Assembly: GCA_963727525.1 (NCBI GenBank)
Contig: CAVSGO010000008.1
Coordinates: 160,001 to 224,000 of the forward strand
Length of the DNA: 64,000 bases
From: an uncultured bacterium
GTDB taxonomy: Bacteria > Krumholzibacteriota > Krumholzibacteriia > LZORAL124-64-63
Direction: 5' to 3'
The translations under genes were made by a program, and so were the position numbers. Shown in pieces: positions 39,377 to 49,020 of the stretch (position 1 is the stretch's first letter; the number at the start of each line of letters is the position of its first letter). The notes beneath the pieces were generated by a model. It was not told the origin of the DNA. It made no database searches and saw nothing but the letters and a program-made list of their open reading frames with translations.

Positions 39377-40888
39377 GTGGTCGACGTTTTGCCGATGACC
39401 GCCGCCGATCCCGCCACGCTGTCGTCGTGGCGGCCGGAGCTGCTGCTCATCGCCACGTTCCTCGCCACCATGCCCCTGTCGCTCGTCGCGCGCGGACGGC
39501 TCCCCGGACTCACACGATTCGTCGCCATCGTCGGACTGGTGGCAGCCGCGTCCGCGGCGATCATTGGGCTCGGCAATGGTCCGACCGGCGTGCTCGGTCC
39601 GGTGCTCGTGGTCGATCCCCTGGCGGCTCTCGTGCGCGCCTTGCTCGTGGTCGCGGCGCTGGCGGCGGTGGTGCTGGGATCGCGCCAGTGGCGGGGGCGG
39701 CCCGCGGTGCACGATCTGGGTGTCGCCGTCATTCCCTTCCTCATGCTGCACACCCTGGCCGCCTGCGTCGTGGTGGAGGCGCGCGGCATCGTGGGCATCG
39801 TCGTGGGCGTGATGGGTCTGGGCGTCATGGGCACGCTCGTGGCCGGCCTCGCAGCCCGGACGCCGCAGGCTCGCGCGGCGGCCCTGCGCTTCGGTGTGGG
39901 CATCGCGGCGGGAGCGGCCGTGGTCACTTACGGGGTCTCCCTTCTGTACCCCATGGTCGGGACCGACGACCTCGCCGCCATGGGCACCGCGCTCCTGGCC
40001 GGGCTGCCCACGCGCGGCGCGATGATCGTGATCGTCGTCCTGCTGGTGCTCGGGCTCACGGGTCTCGCGGTCACCACACCTCTCACCTGGCGACGGGCTG
40101 GGGCGCGCTCTGCCGACGACCTCCCGCCCATGATCATCGGCTATCTTTCCACCGTGCCGCCGCTGGCCATCCTTGTCCTGCTGTGGCGGCTGGCGCGCGC
40201 ACTCGCCGGGTCGATCGGCGACCCGAGCGCGGCGGCCCTGCAGCGTCTGTTGCCGTGGCCCGGTCTGCTCACGGGGCTCGCCGTGGCGGCCATGACGCTC
40301 GGGGCCGTGCTGGCATTGCGCCAGCAGCGCGTCACGGTGCTCCTGGCCTGGCTGGCCGTGGCGCAGGCGGGCTATGGCCTGCTGGCGCTGATCGCTGCGC
40401 CGGAGGTGCTCCTGGCGCCCACCCTGCTGCACCTGGGGTTCTTCGCGCTCGCCAACCTGGGCGCCTTCGGACTGGCTCAAGTGGTGGTTGCGGCCCGGGG
40501 TGACGACGCGCGGGCGGCCTTCGTGGGCTGGGGACGCCGGCAGTTCCTGCCGGCGGCGATGCTCGCCGTCTTCCTGATGTCGCTGGCCGGCATGCCGCCG
40601 ACAGTCGGTTTCGTGGCGCGGGTGCGGTTGCTGGCCGCCCTGGTGGAGACCGATCGCCTCGGTCTGGCCGTCACGGTGGCGGGCCTCGGCCTGCTGGCCG
40701 CGTTCGGGTATCTGCGCGTGGTGATCGACATGTTTCGCCCGGTGAGACCCGAGAGCGAGGTGACGACGGTGGACCTGGGTCCGCTGGCCATGCTGTCGCT
40801 TCTGGCCCTGCTGGCCCCGGTCCTGGCCGGCGGACTCGTCTGGCATTTGTTGACGGCCGTGGCGATCCGGGCGGCGACCGGGCTGTGA
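39377..40888 (+). CDS. Divergent NuoN-like antiporter-type subunit
   Basis: PEL N-terminus, YGVSLLY...GT, NLGAF, SLAGMPPTVGF, YLRVV..M. Confidence 0.8.
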   Translation: MVDVLPMTAADPATLSSWRPELLLIATFLATMPLSLVARGRLPGLTRFVAIVGLVAAASAAIIGLGNGPTGVLGPVLVVDPLAALVRALLVVAALAAVVLGSRQWRGRPAVHDLGVAVIPFLMLHTLAACVVVEARGIVGIVVGVMGLGVMGTLVAGLAARTPQARAAALRFGVGIAAGAAVVTYGVSLLYPMVGTDDLAAMGTALLAGLPTRGAMIVIVVLLVLGLTGLAVTTPLTWRRAGARSADDLPPMIIGYLSTVPPLAILVLLWRLARALAGSIGDPSAAALQRLLPWPGLLTGLAVAAMTLGAVLALRQQRVTVLLAWLAVAQAGYGLLALIAAPEVLLAPTLLHLGFFALANLGAFGLAQVVVAARGDDARAAFVGWGRRQFLPAAMLAVFLMSLAGMPPTVGFVARVRLLAALVETDRLGLAVTVAGLGLLAAFGYLRVVIDMFRPVRPESEVTTVDLGPLAMLSLLALLAPVLAGGLVWHLLTAVAIRAATGL

Positions 40889-40936
40889 CGTTATCCTGAA
40901 GCCCCTGCCGAGAGAATCTGACGAACGGGAGCGGCC

Positions 40937-41548
40937 ATGACCTTTCCGCAATCCTTCTATCGCTGGCGTCCGCATCCCTGGCACGGACTCGAGGTGGGGC
41001 CGCAGCCGCCCGAAGTCGTCACCGCGTACATCGAGATCACGCCCTACGATCTGGTGAAGTACGAGGTGGACAAGAGGACCGGGTACCTGCGTGTGGACCG
41101 GCCGCAGCGGACCTCGTCGCAGCCACCGGCGCTCTACGGTTTCATCCCACGCACGTTCTGCGGCCGGCGCGTGGGCGCGCTCTCGCCCGCGGCGGCACGC
41201 GGCGACGGCGACCCGCTCGACGTCTGCGTAATCAGCGAGCGCCCGATCAACCGCTCCGAGGTCATCCTCAGCGCCCGCGTGGTGGGCGGCCTGCGGGTGA
41301 TCGACCACGACGAGGCCGATGACAAGATCGTGGCCGTGCTCAACAACGACAACGTCTGGAGCCACGTGCGCGAGATCGCCGAGCTGCCGACCGCGCTGGT
41401 CGACCGACTGCGTCACTACTTCGCGACATACAAGCAGCTCCTGGGGGAACCCGCGCACCTGCTCGTGCAGGAGACGTACGCGGCGGCCGACGCCTTCAAG
41501 GTGATCGCCGCGGCCATGGCCGACTACGACGACGAGTACGGCGCCTAG
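40937..41548 (+). CDS. ppa: Inorganic pyrophosphatase (family I)
   Basis: HPWH, KYE.DK, YGFIP, GDGDPLD, DDKI. Confidence 0.93.
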   Translation: MTFPQSFYRWRPHPWHGLEVGPQPPEVVTAYIEITPYDLVKYEVDKRTGYLRVDRPQRTSSQPPALYGFIPRTFCGRRVGALSPAAARGDGDPLDVCVISERPINRSEVILSARVVGGLRVIDHDEADDKIVAVLNNDNVWSHVREIAELPTALVDRLRHYFATYKQLLGEPAHLLVQETYAAADAFKVIAAAMADYDDEYGA

Positions 41549-41572
41549 GTCCAGCGGTCCGGACGTCGCGGT

Positions 41573-43099
41573 TCACGGCGACGCGCTCGCGTGATCCACC
41601 TCGCGCCGGCGCAGACAGAGCTTCACGTCGCCCACCTGGGCCACCAGCTCGTAGTGGGCGGTGAAGACGTCGAGCACCGAGGCCGTCTGCTTGTCGTCGA
41701 GCGCGTTGTTCACCTCGTACATCCAGGTGCCCAGCACCACGAGACTCGGCGTCTCGCTGGCAAAGGCGTTCACCAGCTCGGCCCGCCCCGCCACGTGGTA
41801 CCGGTGACGCTGCTCCGTGGTCAGGCGCTCGGCCACGCCCAGGGCGAAGTGGTTCTCCAGTCCCGGCAGCGGGCGCTGACCGGTCTCGAACACGTATCCC
41901 GGCCAGAACGCCAGCACCGTGTCGCCAGGGCGCGTGAGCTGTGTGATGTTGCGGCACACCGACCGGAAGTGGTCCCACTTCCAGTCGGGAGCGGCCGGCA
42001 CGCCCGTTCGCGGCCGCGCGAGCGTCACGCCCGACATGGCCAGCAGCAGGGCGAGCACCACCGGCGGCGCGGCACGTCGGGTACCCGTCGGCCAGCGCGC
42101 CAGGCCACCGGCCACCAGCGGGAGCACCAGCGGAGCCAGTGTGGCCGTCATGTACTGCTCCTGCACCGGATCGGGCAGGAGGCTCACGCCCAGATGGGTG
42201 AGCGCGCCGATCGCCACGATCTGCTCGAACCGCCGCGCGCCGTCGGCCGCCGGCGCCCGTCGCCACGACCACGCACCCCACACGGCGAGCGCCAGGACGA
42301 TGGTCAGGAACGGATCGCCGGCCAGCGTATGGCCGAGCACCGCGAGGGCGCGTCCGGCAAGGCCGAACGCGCCGAGCCCCTCGTTCTCGCTGAACTTGAG
42401 CTGGTGATAGCGCAGGTTGTTGAACCAGAACCGATCGGGATCGCGAGCGAGGGCGATCACGAGCGGCAATCCGCCCAGCGCCACGCCGGCGAGCCAGGCG
42501 ACCGCCTGCCTCAGACGAGCGCGTCCCTCGCCCACCACGAGAACGAGCGCTGGCACCACGGCCAGCGGCGCGTACAGCAGCCGGACCGATGCGGCGAGCC
42601 CCAGCGCCACGCCACCGCCGATCCACCAGCGCAGGCCGCGTCCCTGCGTGAGCCCCCGGTGCAAGGCGATCAATCCGAGTACGGACGCGAGGCTCGCCAG
42701 GGCGTAGGTCTTGACGGTGACGTTCCAGTCCAGCACCCCCGGGCTCGCGGCCACCCCCACCAGAGCGACGAGCGCCTGCCACGGACGCAGACCGCGCCCG
42801 CGCAGCCACAACCCCCATGCGAGCACCAGCAAGCCGTCGCCGACGACGGACAGGAACCGTAGCGCGAGCAGGCGTGGGCCGAACAGGGCCACCACCGGGG
42901 CGTAGACGTACGGCAGCAGCGGTGCCTGGGGATAGAAGAAGTCGAGGTAGGGTGTCCGACCCTCCGCCACGAGGCGCGTCGCCATGGCGTAGTAGCCCTC
43001 ATCGCCGTCGATGGGCCGTTGGACCGCGAGATACGCGGCCGCGCCCAGGTGCAGGACCACGATGGCGAGGATCACGGCGGTGGTGACGCGGCTGGACAT
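41573..43099 (-). CDS. ArnT/PMT-like (GT-C) membrane glycosyltransferase
   Basis: DEGYY...PY.DFFY.Q.PL after TM1; many TM segments. Confidence 0.8.
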   Translation of the reverse strand: MSSRVTTAVILAIVVLHLGAAAYLAVQRPIDGDEGYYAMATRLVAEGRTPYLDFFYPQAPLLPYVYAPVVALFGPRLLALRFLSVVGDGLLVLAWGLWLRGRGLRPWQALVALVGVAASPGVLDWNVTVKTYALASLASVLGLIALHRGLTQGRGLRWWIGGGVALGLAASVRLLYAPLAVVPALVLVVGEGRARLRQAVAWLAGVALGGLPLVIALARDPDRFWFNNLRYHQLKFSENEGLGAFGLAGRALAVLGHTLAGDPFLTIVLALAVWGAWSWRRAPAADGARRFEQIVAIGALTHLGVSLLPDPVQEQYMTATLAPLVLPLVAGGLARWPTGTRRAAPPVVLALLLAMSGVTLARPRTGVPAAPDWKWDHFRSVCRNITQLTRPGDTVLAFWPGYVFETGQRPLPGLENHFALGVAERLTTEQRHRYHVAGRAELVNAFASETPSLVVLGTWMYEVNNALDDKQTASVLDVFTAHYELVAQVGDVKLCLRRREVDHASASP

Positions 43100-43263
43100 G
43101 AACGACTTCCGATCCGGCTCTGGTGTTGCGGACCATGATCGGCGAGGCCGACCTCCCTGACAAGCGGATCCCCGCGCTTTCGCGCTGGCCGCTGCGCCGG
43201 CGAGCGATCACCTTGTGGTTGTTCGCCACGCTCTTCCGCTGCCACGTTTCGCCGAGGTCGTCC

Positions 43264-44046
43264 ATGCACGCCGCGAGCAAGACAACGCTGATTCTCGTCC
43301 TGGGCATGATCGCCGGCTGCTCCGTCCACGTGCATGCGCCTCCGGCCTCTGAAGCCCTCGTCGCGGCCCTGGATCGCGGGTCCGTGGTGGCTTTCGCGGG
43401 AGTGACGACAGACCCCGCGGTGGGTGTCTTCACGCCGCCGGATGCGATCGCAGCCGACGACGCGGCGCTCGGGGGTATCGCCAGCGCGTATCCCACGCTC
43501 ACCGTGTGGGCGACGCCTGCGGTGGCCGACGTGCTCGGCGACCCGCAACTTGCCGCCCTGCGCGACGAGTACGGCCGCCTGGGCGGCCTCGCGATCGCAC
43601 GAGTGCGGGCCCTGGCCGCCGGGCTGCCCGGTGCGTCGCTGCTCGCGCTGGCGCGCCTCGAAGCGGACGACGTGCACACCGACACCGTGGTACAGGACCA
43701 GGCCAATCCCGAAGCCCGCGTCTCGGGACAGCCCGAGCACTCGACGCCGTGGGCCATGACCATGTCCACGGAGCGCAAGATCCGGGTCGCTATGGAGATA
43801 TTCGACCTGCAGACCGGCGCCTCGCTGTGGCGTGGCCAGGCCGACGTGCGCGACCGCATCCGGTACGAGTACAAACCGCCCTCCATCGACCCGCAGGCCA
43901 TCGCGCGACGCTCCGCTGCAGCTTCCGACAGCGCCATCGTGCGCACGGGCGAGTTCCTCAAGCGGCCCGACATCGTGCCCATGATCGGCAACGCCTGCCA
44001 CGACCTCACCACGCGTCTGCCCGGGGTGCCGAAGGACGCGTCGTGA
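43264..44046 (+). CDS. Hypothetical lipoprotein
   Basis: Lipobox MIAGC; IFDL.TG..LW motif. Confidence 0.65.
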   Translation: MHAASKTTLILVLGMIAGCSVHVHAPPASEALVAALDRGSVVAFAGVTTDPAVGVFTPPDAIAADDAALGGIASAYPTLTVWATPAVADVLGDPQLAALRDEYGRLGGLAIARVRALAAGLPGASLLALARLEADDVHTDTVVQDQANPEARVSGQPEHSTPWAMTMSTERKIRVAMEIFDLQTGASLWRGQADVRDRIRYEYKPPSIDPQAIARRSAAASDSAIVRTGEFLKRPDIVPMIGNACHDLTTRLPGVPKDAS

Positions 44047-45233
44047 TCACCCTGGCGATGCTGGCGATGCTGGCCCTGCTCGCCACGCCGCTGCCTGCCA
44101 CCGCACCGGTCGAATCCACCGCGATGATCGCCTGGCTCGACGATCCGGCCTGGCCCGCACTCGTCGCTGCGGCGGGGCCCGATCAGCAGATCATCGTGGA
44201 GTTCACGGCGTCCTGGTGCGGGCCGTGCAAGCTGTTGCAGTCGGAGGTGCTCGACGACCCCGCCGTGATCGCGGAGCTGGCGCCGCTGGTGTGCGCCCGC
44301 CTCGATATCGATCGCCCGGGCAACGCCGCCGTCGCCGACCGCTTCGCCATCACCACCCTGCCCACCGTCGTGCTCTGCACACGCGACGGTACGGAGATCG
44401 ACCGCATCCGCGGTTTCCAGGGGCGCGACGCCTTTCTCGAGAAGCTGCGCACCTTCAAGAGCGGACGCGGCTCGCTGCCGGACCTGCAATCCCGCCTCGC
44501 GCGCAATCCGGACGTGCCCACGCTCCAGGTGGAGACCGGCCTGCGCTACGCCGAGCGTCTCGACCTTGTCGCGGCCGCGGAACTGCTGGAACGCGGCCTC
44601 GCCACCTGGACGGCTCCCGACTCGGCCGCTGCCGCCCTTGCCTGGCGCACCCTCGCCGATGTCCACCACCGGCTCGGCGACGACGCCGGCGCCGTGCGCG
44701 ATCTGCGCACCCTGCAGCGCACGTGGCCCGATCACGAGTATCCCGTGGTCACGTGGCGCAATCTCGCGGACTATCAGCTTGCGGCGGGCGACACGACGGC
44801 CTCGCTCGCCGCCCTCGACTCCCTGCTGGCCATCCGGCCCGACGACGGGCCGTCCCTCACCGTTTTCGCCACGACCGCCGCCCGTACCGGGGTGCGGCTG
44901 GACGAGGCCACCGAACGGGCCCGTCACGCGGTCGCCGTCAGCGCCCTGCCCTACCGGGCCATGGACGCGCTAGCCACGGTGCTCCTGCGCCGCGGCGCCT
45001 ATCCCGAGGCCCTGCTCTGGAATCGCCGCGCCGCCACTGACGACCCTCACGCCGACGACCGCGCCACGCTCCGCGCGGCGGTACGGGAAAGCGCAATCAT
45101 GGGCGACTGGCGGCTCGCTTCTCCCACCATCGGCACCATCGCTCCGATTCCCAAAACCGTCGTCACGGAGGTTCCGGCGACGGTACACGGCGACCCGTGG
45201 CAGGTCTCCCGCCCGCCCATCGAACCATGGTAG
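44043..45233 (+). CDS. Secreted thioredoxin-fold protein with TPR-like repeats
   Basis: Signal peptide, WCGPC, helical C-terminal repeats; GTGA overlap. Confidence 0.8.
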   Translation: MITLAMLAMLALLATPLPATAPVESTAMIAWLDDPAWPALVAAAGPDQQIIVEFTASWCGPCKLLQSEVLDDPAVIAELAPLVCARLDIDRPGNAAVADRFAITTLPTVVLCTRDGTEIDRIRGFQGRDAFLEKLRTFKSGRGSLPDLQSRLARNPDVPTLQVETGLRYAERLDLVAAAELLERGLATWTAPDSAAAALAWRTLADVHHRLGDDAGAVRDLRTLQRTWPDHEYPVVTWRNLADYQLAAGDTTASLAALDSLLAIRPDDGPSLTVFATTAARTGVRLDEATERARHAVAVSALPYRAMDALATVLLRRGAYPEALLWNRRAATDDPHADDRATLRAAVRESAIMGDWRLASPTIGTIAPIPKTVVTEVPATVHGDPWQVSRPPIEPW

Positions 45234-45249
45234 CCGGTATCTTCCAGGG

Positions 45250-45786
45250 TCAGCGGTCCGCGAGCGCGCCGTGGAACTCGTAGCGGTGCTGACCGTCTTC
45301 GATGATGATCTCGAGCTCGCCGGACAGCCCTGCGAGCTCGTCGGTGCCCGAATCGGGCACGACCTTAGCGATCAGGCGCTCGGTTTCGCCCCGCGCCATC
45401 GTGGCGCCATGCTGCAGCACGAAGCTCCCTTGGCGGCCGGCGAGCGTGCCGGTCACCTGCTCCATCGCCACGTATCCGGCGGAACCCTCCACGCTCGACC
45501 GGTAGCCCAGCATCTGGCCGCTACTGGTGGCCTCGATGTCGCCGTGGTATGTCTTGGTGAGCAAGAGGCGCCCGATCGGGCCGGCGGCCTCGCTGTCCGG
45601 ATCCTGCGGGGTCATCGCGACGTCGAAGGTGCCGCGCAGCGTCATCTTGAACTCCTCGGGGGACCGGGTGGATGTGGTATCACTGTTCGCGGTCGCTGGA
45701 AACACCGAGATCGCAAAGGTGATGATGGCAAGGGTGATTGTGGCAGAGGTGATGATGGCACGGGTGCCGATGAATCGAGAACGCAT
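45250..45786 (-). CDS. DUF3224 family protein
   Basis: GSAGYVAME...G.L.GR.GSFVLQH, VVPDSGTDEL.GL.G. Confidence 0.88.
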   Translation of the reverse strand: MRSRFIGTRAIITSATITLAIITFAISVFPATANSDTTSTRSPEEFKMTLRGTFDVAMTPQDPDSEAAGPIGRLLLTKTYHGDIEATSSGQMLGYRSSVEGSAGYVAMEQVTGTLAGRQGSFVLQHGATMARGETERLIAKVVPDSGTDELAGLSGELEIIIEDGQHRYEFHGALADR

Positions 45787-45862
45787 ACGACCTCCTGATC
45801 ATTGCTTGTCCCTGCAAGTTAATCGCCCCTGACCGGAGCGTCTTGAAGAAACGCGACAGACG

Positions 45863-46690
45863 ATGCTACACCGCAAGACCGAGCGCCCACGGGGCGTCCT
45901 GAAGCTCGCCGAGACCGAAACCACCGGACTCGTGCACGAGCGTTTCCTGCCGTCCGACGACCTCGCTCCCTACGTGGAGCATTACTGGCGCGTCGCCTGG
46001 GATCGCTGCGATCTGGGGCCGATGCCCGTGGCCACCTTGCCTCACCCGAGCGTGCACATGACCTTCTCCGCCCCTGACGGGGGAATCATCGGTGGTCCGG
46101 CACGCGCCCGCTTCACGCGCGAACTGAACGACGTGGGCGAGGTCTTCGCCGTGAAATTCCGCCCCGGCGGTTTCCACCCCTTCGCCGCTGGGCCCGTCTC
46201 GCGTTTCACCGATATCACGGTGCCCGTAGCCACGGTCTTCGGGCCGGACGGCGCTGCGCTGGCGCATGCCGTGGTCTCGGCCGGTGAGACCGCAGGGCGG
46301 GTCGCGCTCACGGAGGCCTTCCTGCGTGCGCAGCAGCCTATTCCGGATGCCTGCGTGGCGCGCGCGGCCGAACTCGTGCTCCTGGTGATGCGAGAACCGG
46401 GGATCGTGAAGGTCGCCGATCTGGTCGCGCGCGCGGGTGTCGGCATGCGCACGCTGCAGCGCCTTTTCGCGGAGTACGTGGGCGTGGGTCCCAAATGGGT
46501 GATCCAGCGCTACCGTCTCCACGAAGCCGCCGAGCGTTTGGCAGCCGGCCCAGTGGACCATTCTGCTCTCGCCCTGGAGGTGGGCTACAGCGACCAGGCG
46601 CATTTCATCCGCGACTTCAAGGCCATCGTGGGCGTCACGCCGGCGGCCTACGCGCGGCGGGCGTGTCCAGAAACCTCACATCCCGACTAA
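45863..46690 (+). CDS. AraC family regulator (DUF6597-type N-terminus)
   Basis: RTLQRLF..YVG..PK, GYSDQAHF.RDFK. Confidence 0.92.
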   Translation: MLHRKTERPRGVLKLAETETTGLVHERFLPSDDLAPYVEHYWRVAWDRCDLGPMPVATLPHPSVHMTFSAPDGGIIGGPARARFTRELNDVGEVFAVKFRPGGFHPFAAGPVSRFTDITVPVATVFGPDGAALAHAVVSAGETAGRVALTEAFLRAQQPIPDACVARAAELVLLVMREPGIVKVADLVARAGVGMRTLQRLFAEYVGVGPKWVIQRYRLHEAAERLAAGPVDHSALALEVGYSDQAHFIRDFKAIVGVTPAAYARRACPETSHPD

Positions 46691-46691
46691 C

Positions 46692-47914
46692 GTGCCACGA
46701 AGAATGTTGACGGGTCCAGCGCTTGCCTGGGCCCGTCTTCATGAACACCAAAACCCTCACTTCATGCCCCTCGCTTCCTCCCCACTGCTCCAACCCTAAC
46801 TGCAAATACCACAAGCCTCAGCCGCAACCCTGGCCCTTCGCGCTCTTCGGCACCTTCTCCCGAAAATCCCCACCCTACACCGTCCAACGCTACCTCTGCC
46901 TGGCCTGCGGCAGGACCTGCTCAGACCAGACCTTCCGCACCACATACTGGCTCAAACGCGCCGATCTCCTGCCCAAGGTCCATAAGCACGCCGTCTCTGG
47001 CGCCGCCAACCGCCAGATCGCCAGGCTCCTCGACACCTCGCCGACGACCGTCGACAACCTCCTCGCCCGCCTCGGCCGACACTGCATCCTCTTCCATCGA
47101 CACCTGGTGTCCCAGGCGTCACCCTTCGTGGACATCGCCATCGACGGGCTCGTCACCTTCGAGCACTCCCAGTACTTCCCCTACGAGATCGTCACGGCCG
47201 TCGATCGCCCCTCCAGCTTCATCATCCACTTCGCCGAAGCCGAGCGGCGACGCAGCGGGGCGATGACCGACGAGCAGAAATGGAAACGGTCCCTCTTTGA
47301 ACAAAACTATGGCCGGCCGGACCCCAGGTCGTTGATGCGGGCGCTGCTCGAGGTGCTCTCGGTCTCGCTCGACGGCGCCGCCGAGGCCCACATCTGGAGC
47401 GACAAGCACAAGACCTATCCCTACGCGATCGCGAAGCTACGGTATTGCAAGGTGATCCACGAGACGATCGACTCCCGTGAGCCGCGGACGAGTCGCAACC
47501 CGTTGTTCGAGGTCAACTTGCTGGACATGTTGCTGCGGCATTGTCTGAAAGACCACACGCGGGAGACGATCGCGTTCGGGAAGCGACGGCAGCATTCGAT
47601 CTACCGGCTGGCGATCTTCCTGGTGTGGCGCAACACGATCAAGTTGCGTCGGGAGAAGCGGTGCTGGAGCACGCCGGCGATGCAGATCGGGATCGCCACG
47701 AAGCCCTTGACCGAGGAGGAGGTGTTGTCGCGGCGGCTGTTCGTGTCGCATATCGAGTTGCCGCCGTTGTGGGATGACTACTACTGGCGACGGGTCGAGA
47801 CGCGGCCATTGAAGGTGAACCGGAGGCACAAGCTGACGTACGCCGCGTAGCGGGTCTGTCGGGCGTGGCCGGGAGTACCGGGGCTCAAGGCGCCAACAAC
47901 ATTCTTCTTGGCAC
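46692..47914 (+). mobile_element. IS1-like insertion sequence, copy 2
   Basis: Same ends as copy 1; about 99% identical through the transposase stop; begins 1 bp after the AraC stop. Confidence 0.9.
46741..47850 (+). CDS. IS1-like DDE transposase (Zn finger + HTH + RNase-H core)
   Basis: CSNPNC..CLAC, HTH NRQIARLL..S..TV, IAIDG, WSD...Y, E.N....LR.....R.T.AF.K resembling IS1 InsB. Confidence 0.8.
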   Translation: MNTKTLTSCPSLPPHCSNPNCKYHKPQPQPWPFALFGTFSRKSPPYTVQRYLCLACGRTCSDQTFRTTYWLKRADLLPKVHKHAVSGAANRQIARLLDTSPTTVDNLLARLGRHCILFHRHLVSQASPFVDIAIDGLVTFEHSQYFPYEIVTAVDRPSSFIIHFAEAERRRSGAMTDEQKWKRSLFEQNYGRPDPRSLMRALLEVLSVSLDGAAEAHIWSDKHKTYPYAIAKLRYCKVIHETIDSREPRTSRNPLFEVNLLDMLLRHCLKDHTRETIAFGKRRQHSIYRLAIFLVWRNTIKLRREKRCWSTPAMQIGIATKPLTEEEVLSRRLFVSHIELPPLWDDYYWRRVETRPLKVNRRHKLTYAA

Positions 47915-48033
47915 AACCTGGGGGGCGCCGACCCGTTCTCGGGTAGGACAACCCACGCGCATGGGGTATGATCTGACCAGGCGGGTGCGGCCGGAACCGA
48001 TGGGCGGGCCGGTGACGCAACCGTGGAAGGCGC

Positions 48034-49020
48034 ATGAAGTTGACACAACGGCCTGAAGATCGTGGGGATGCAGCGACCGCCGTCATGGTGACGGGCGGAG
48101 GCGGTTTCGTGGGGACCACGCTGGTGCCCGACCTGCTCGCCGACGGCCACCGCGTGGTGGTGTACGACGATTTTTCCGTGGGCCGGCGCCCAGCGCCTGC
48201 GGAAGGGCTGCAGGTGGTTACGGGCGATATCCGCGACGAGGCCCATCTGCGCACCGTCCTGCGGGAGCACGCCGTGGCGAGCGTCATCCATCTGGCGGCC
48301 CTGCACTATATCCCCCACTGCAACGCGCATCCGGTCGACACGCTGCACGTCAACGTGGTGGGGACGCAGGCGCTGCTGGAGGCATGCCGCGAGGCCGGTG
48401 TCGCGCGCCTGGTGTTCGCCTCTTCGGCGGCCGTGTACGGCCCCTCGGAGTCGGCGCATCGCGAGGACGAGGCCCATGCCCCGGTCGATATCTACGGCCT
48501 CAGCAAGAGCATCGGGGAGCAGCAGCTGGCCGCTTTCCACCGACGCACCGGAATCCCGTGCACGGCGGCGCGCCTGTTCAACGTGTTCGGGCAAGGCGAG
48601 ACCAACCCGCACCTCATCCCCGAGATCCTGCGCCAGCTCGCCGAGCACGGAGACACGTTGAGCCTGGGCGCGCTCACGCCGCGGCGGGATTACGTGCACG
48701 TGACCGACGTGTCGCGAGCCCTGCGCGTATTCCTGGGCGCCACGGATCCGGGATTCTCGGTCTACAACGTGGGTACGGGCCACGCCGCCTCGGTGCGCGA
48801 CATCATCGCGTCCCTCGAGGACATTCTGCGGCGACCGCTGGTGGTGGAGCAGGACCCGGCCCGGCTACGCCCGGTCGATATGCCACACCTTCAGGCCGAC
48901 ATCGCGCGCCTGCAGGGCGACCTGGGCTGGTCGCCGGCGACCACGCTCACCGCGGGGCTGCGCGATCTCGTGCAGGCCAGCCTGCCTGGTGCGGGCGACG
49001 CAGGACGTCCGGTACCATGA
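48034..49020 (+). CDS. NAD-dependent epimerase/dehydratase
   Basis: TGGGGFVG, YGLSK, RDYVHV.D. Confidence 0.92.
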   Translation: MKLTQRPEDRGDAATAVMVTGGGGFVGTTLVPDLLADGHRVVVYDDFSVGRRPAPAEGLQVVTGDIRDEAHLRTVLREHAVASVIHLAALHYIPHCNAHPVDTLHVNVVGTQALLEACREAGVARLVFASSAAVYGPSESAHREDEAHAPVDIYGLSKSIGEQQLAAFHRRTGIPCTAARLFNVFGQGETNPHLIPEILRQLAEHGDTLSLGALTPRRDYVHVTDVSRALRVFLGATDPGFSVYNVGTGHAASVRDIIASLEDILRRPLVVEQDPARLRPVDMPHLQADIARLQGDLGWSPATTLTAGLRDLVQASLPGAGDAGRPVP

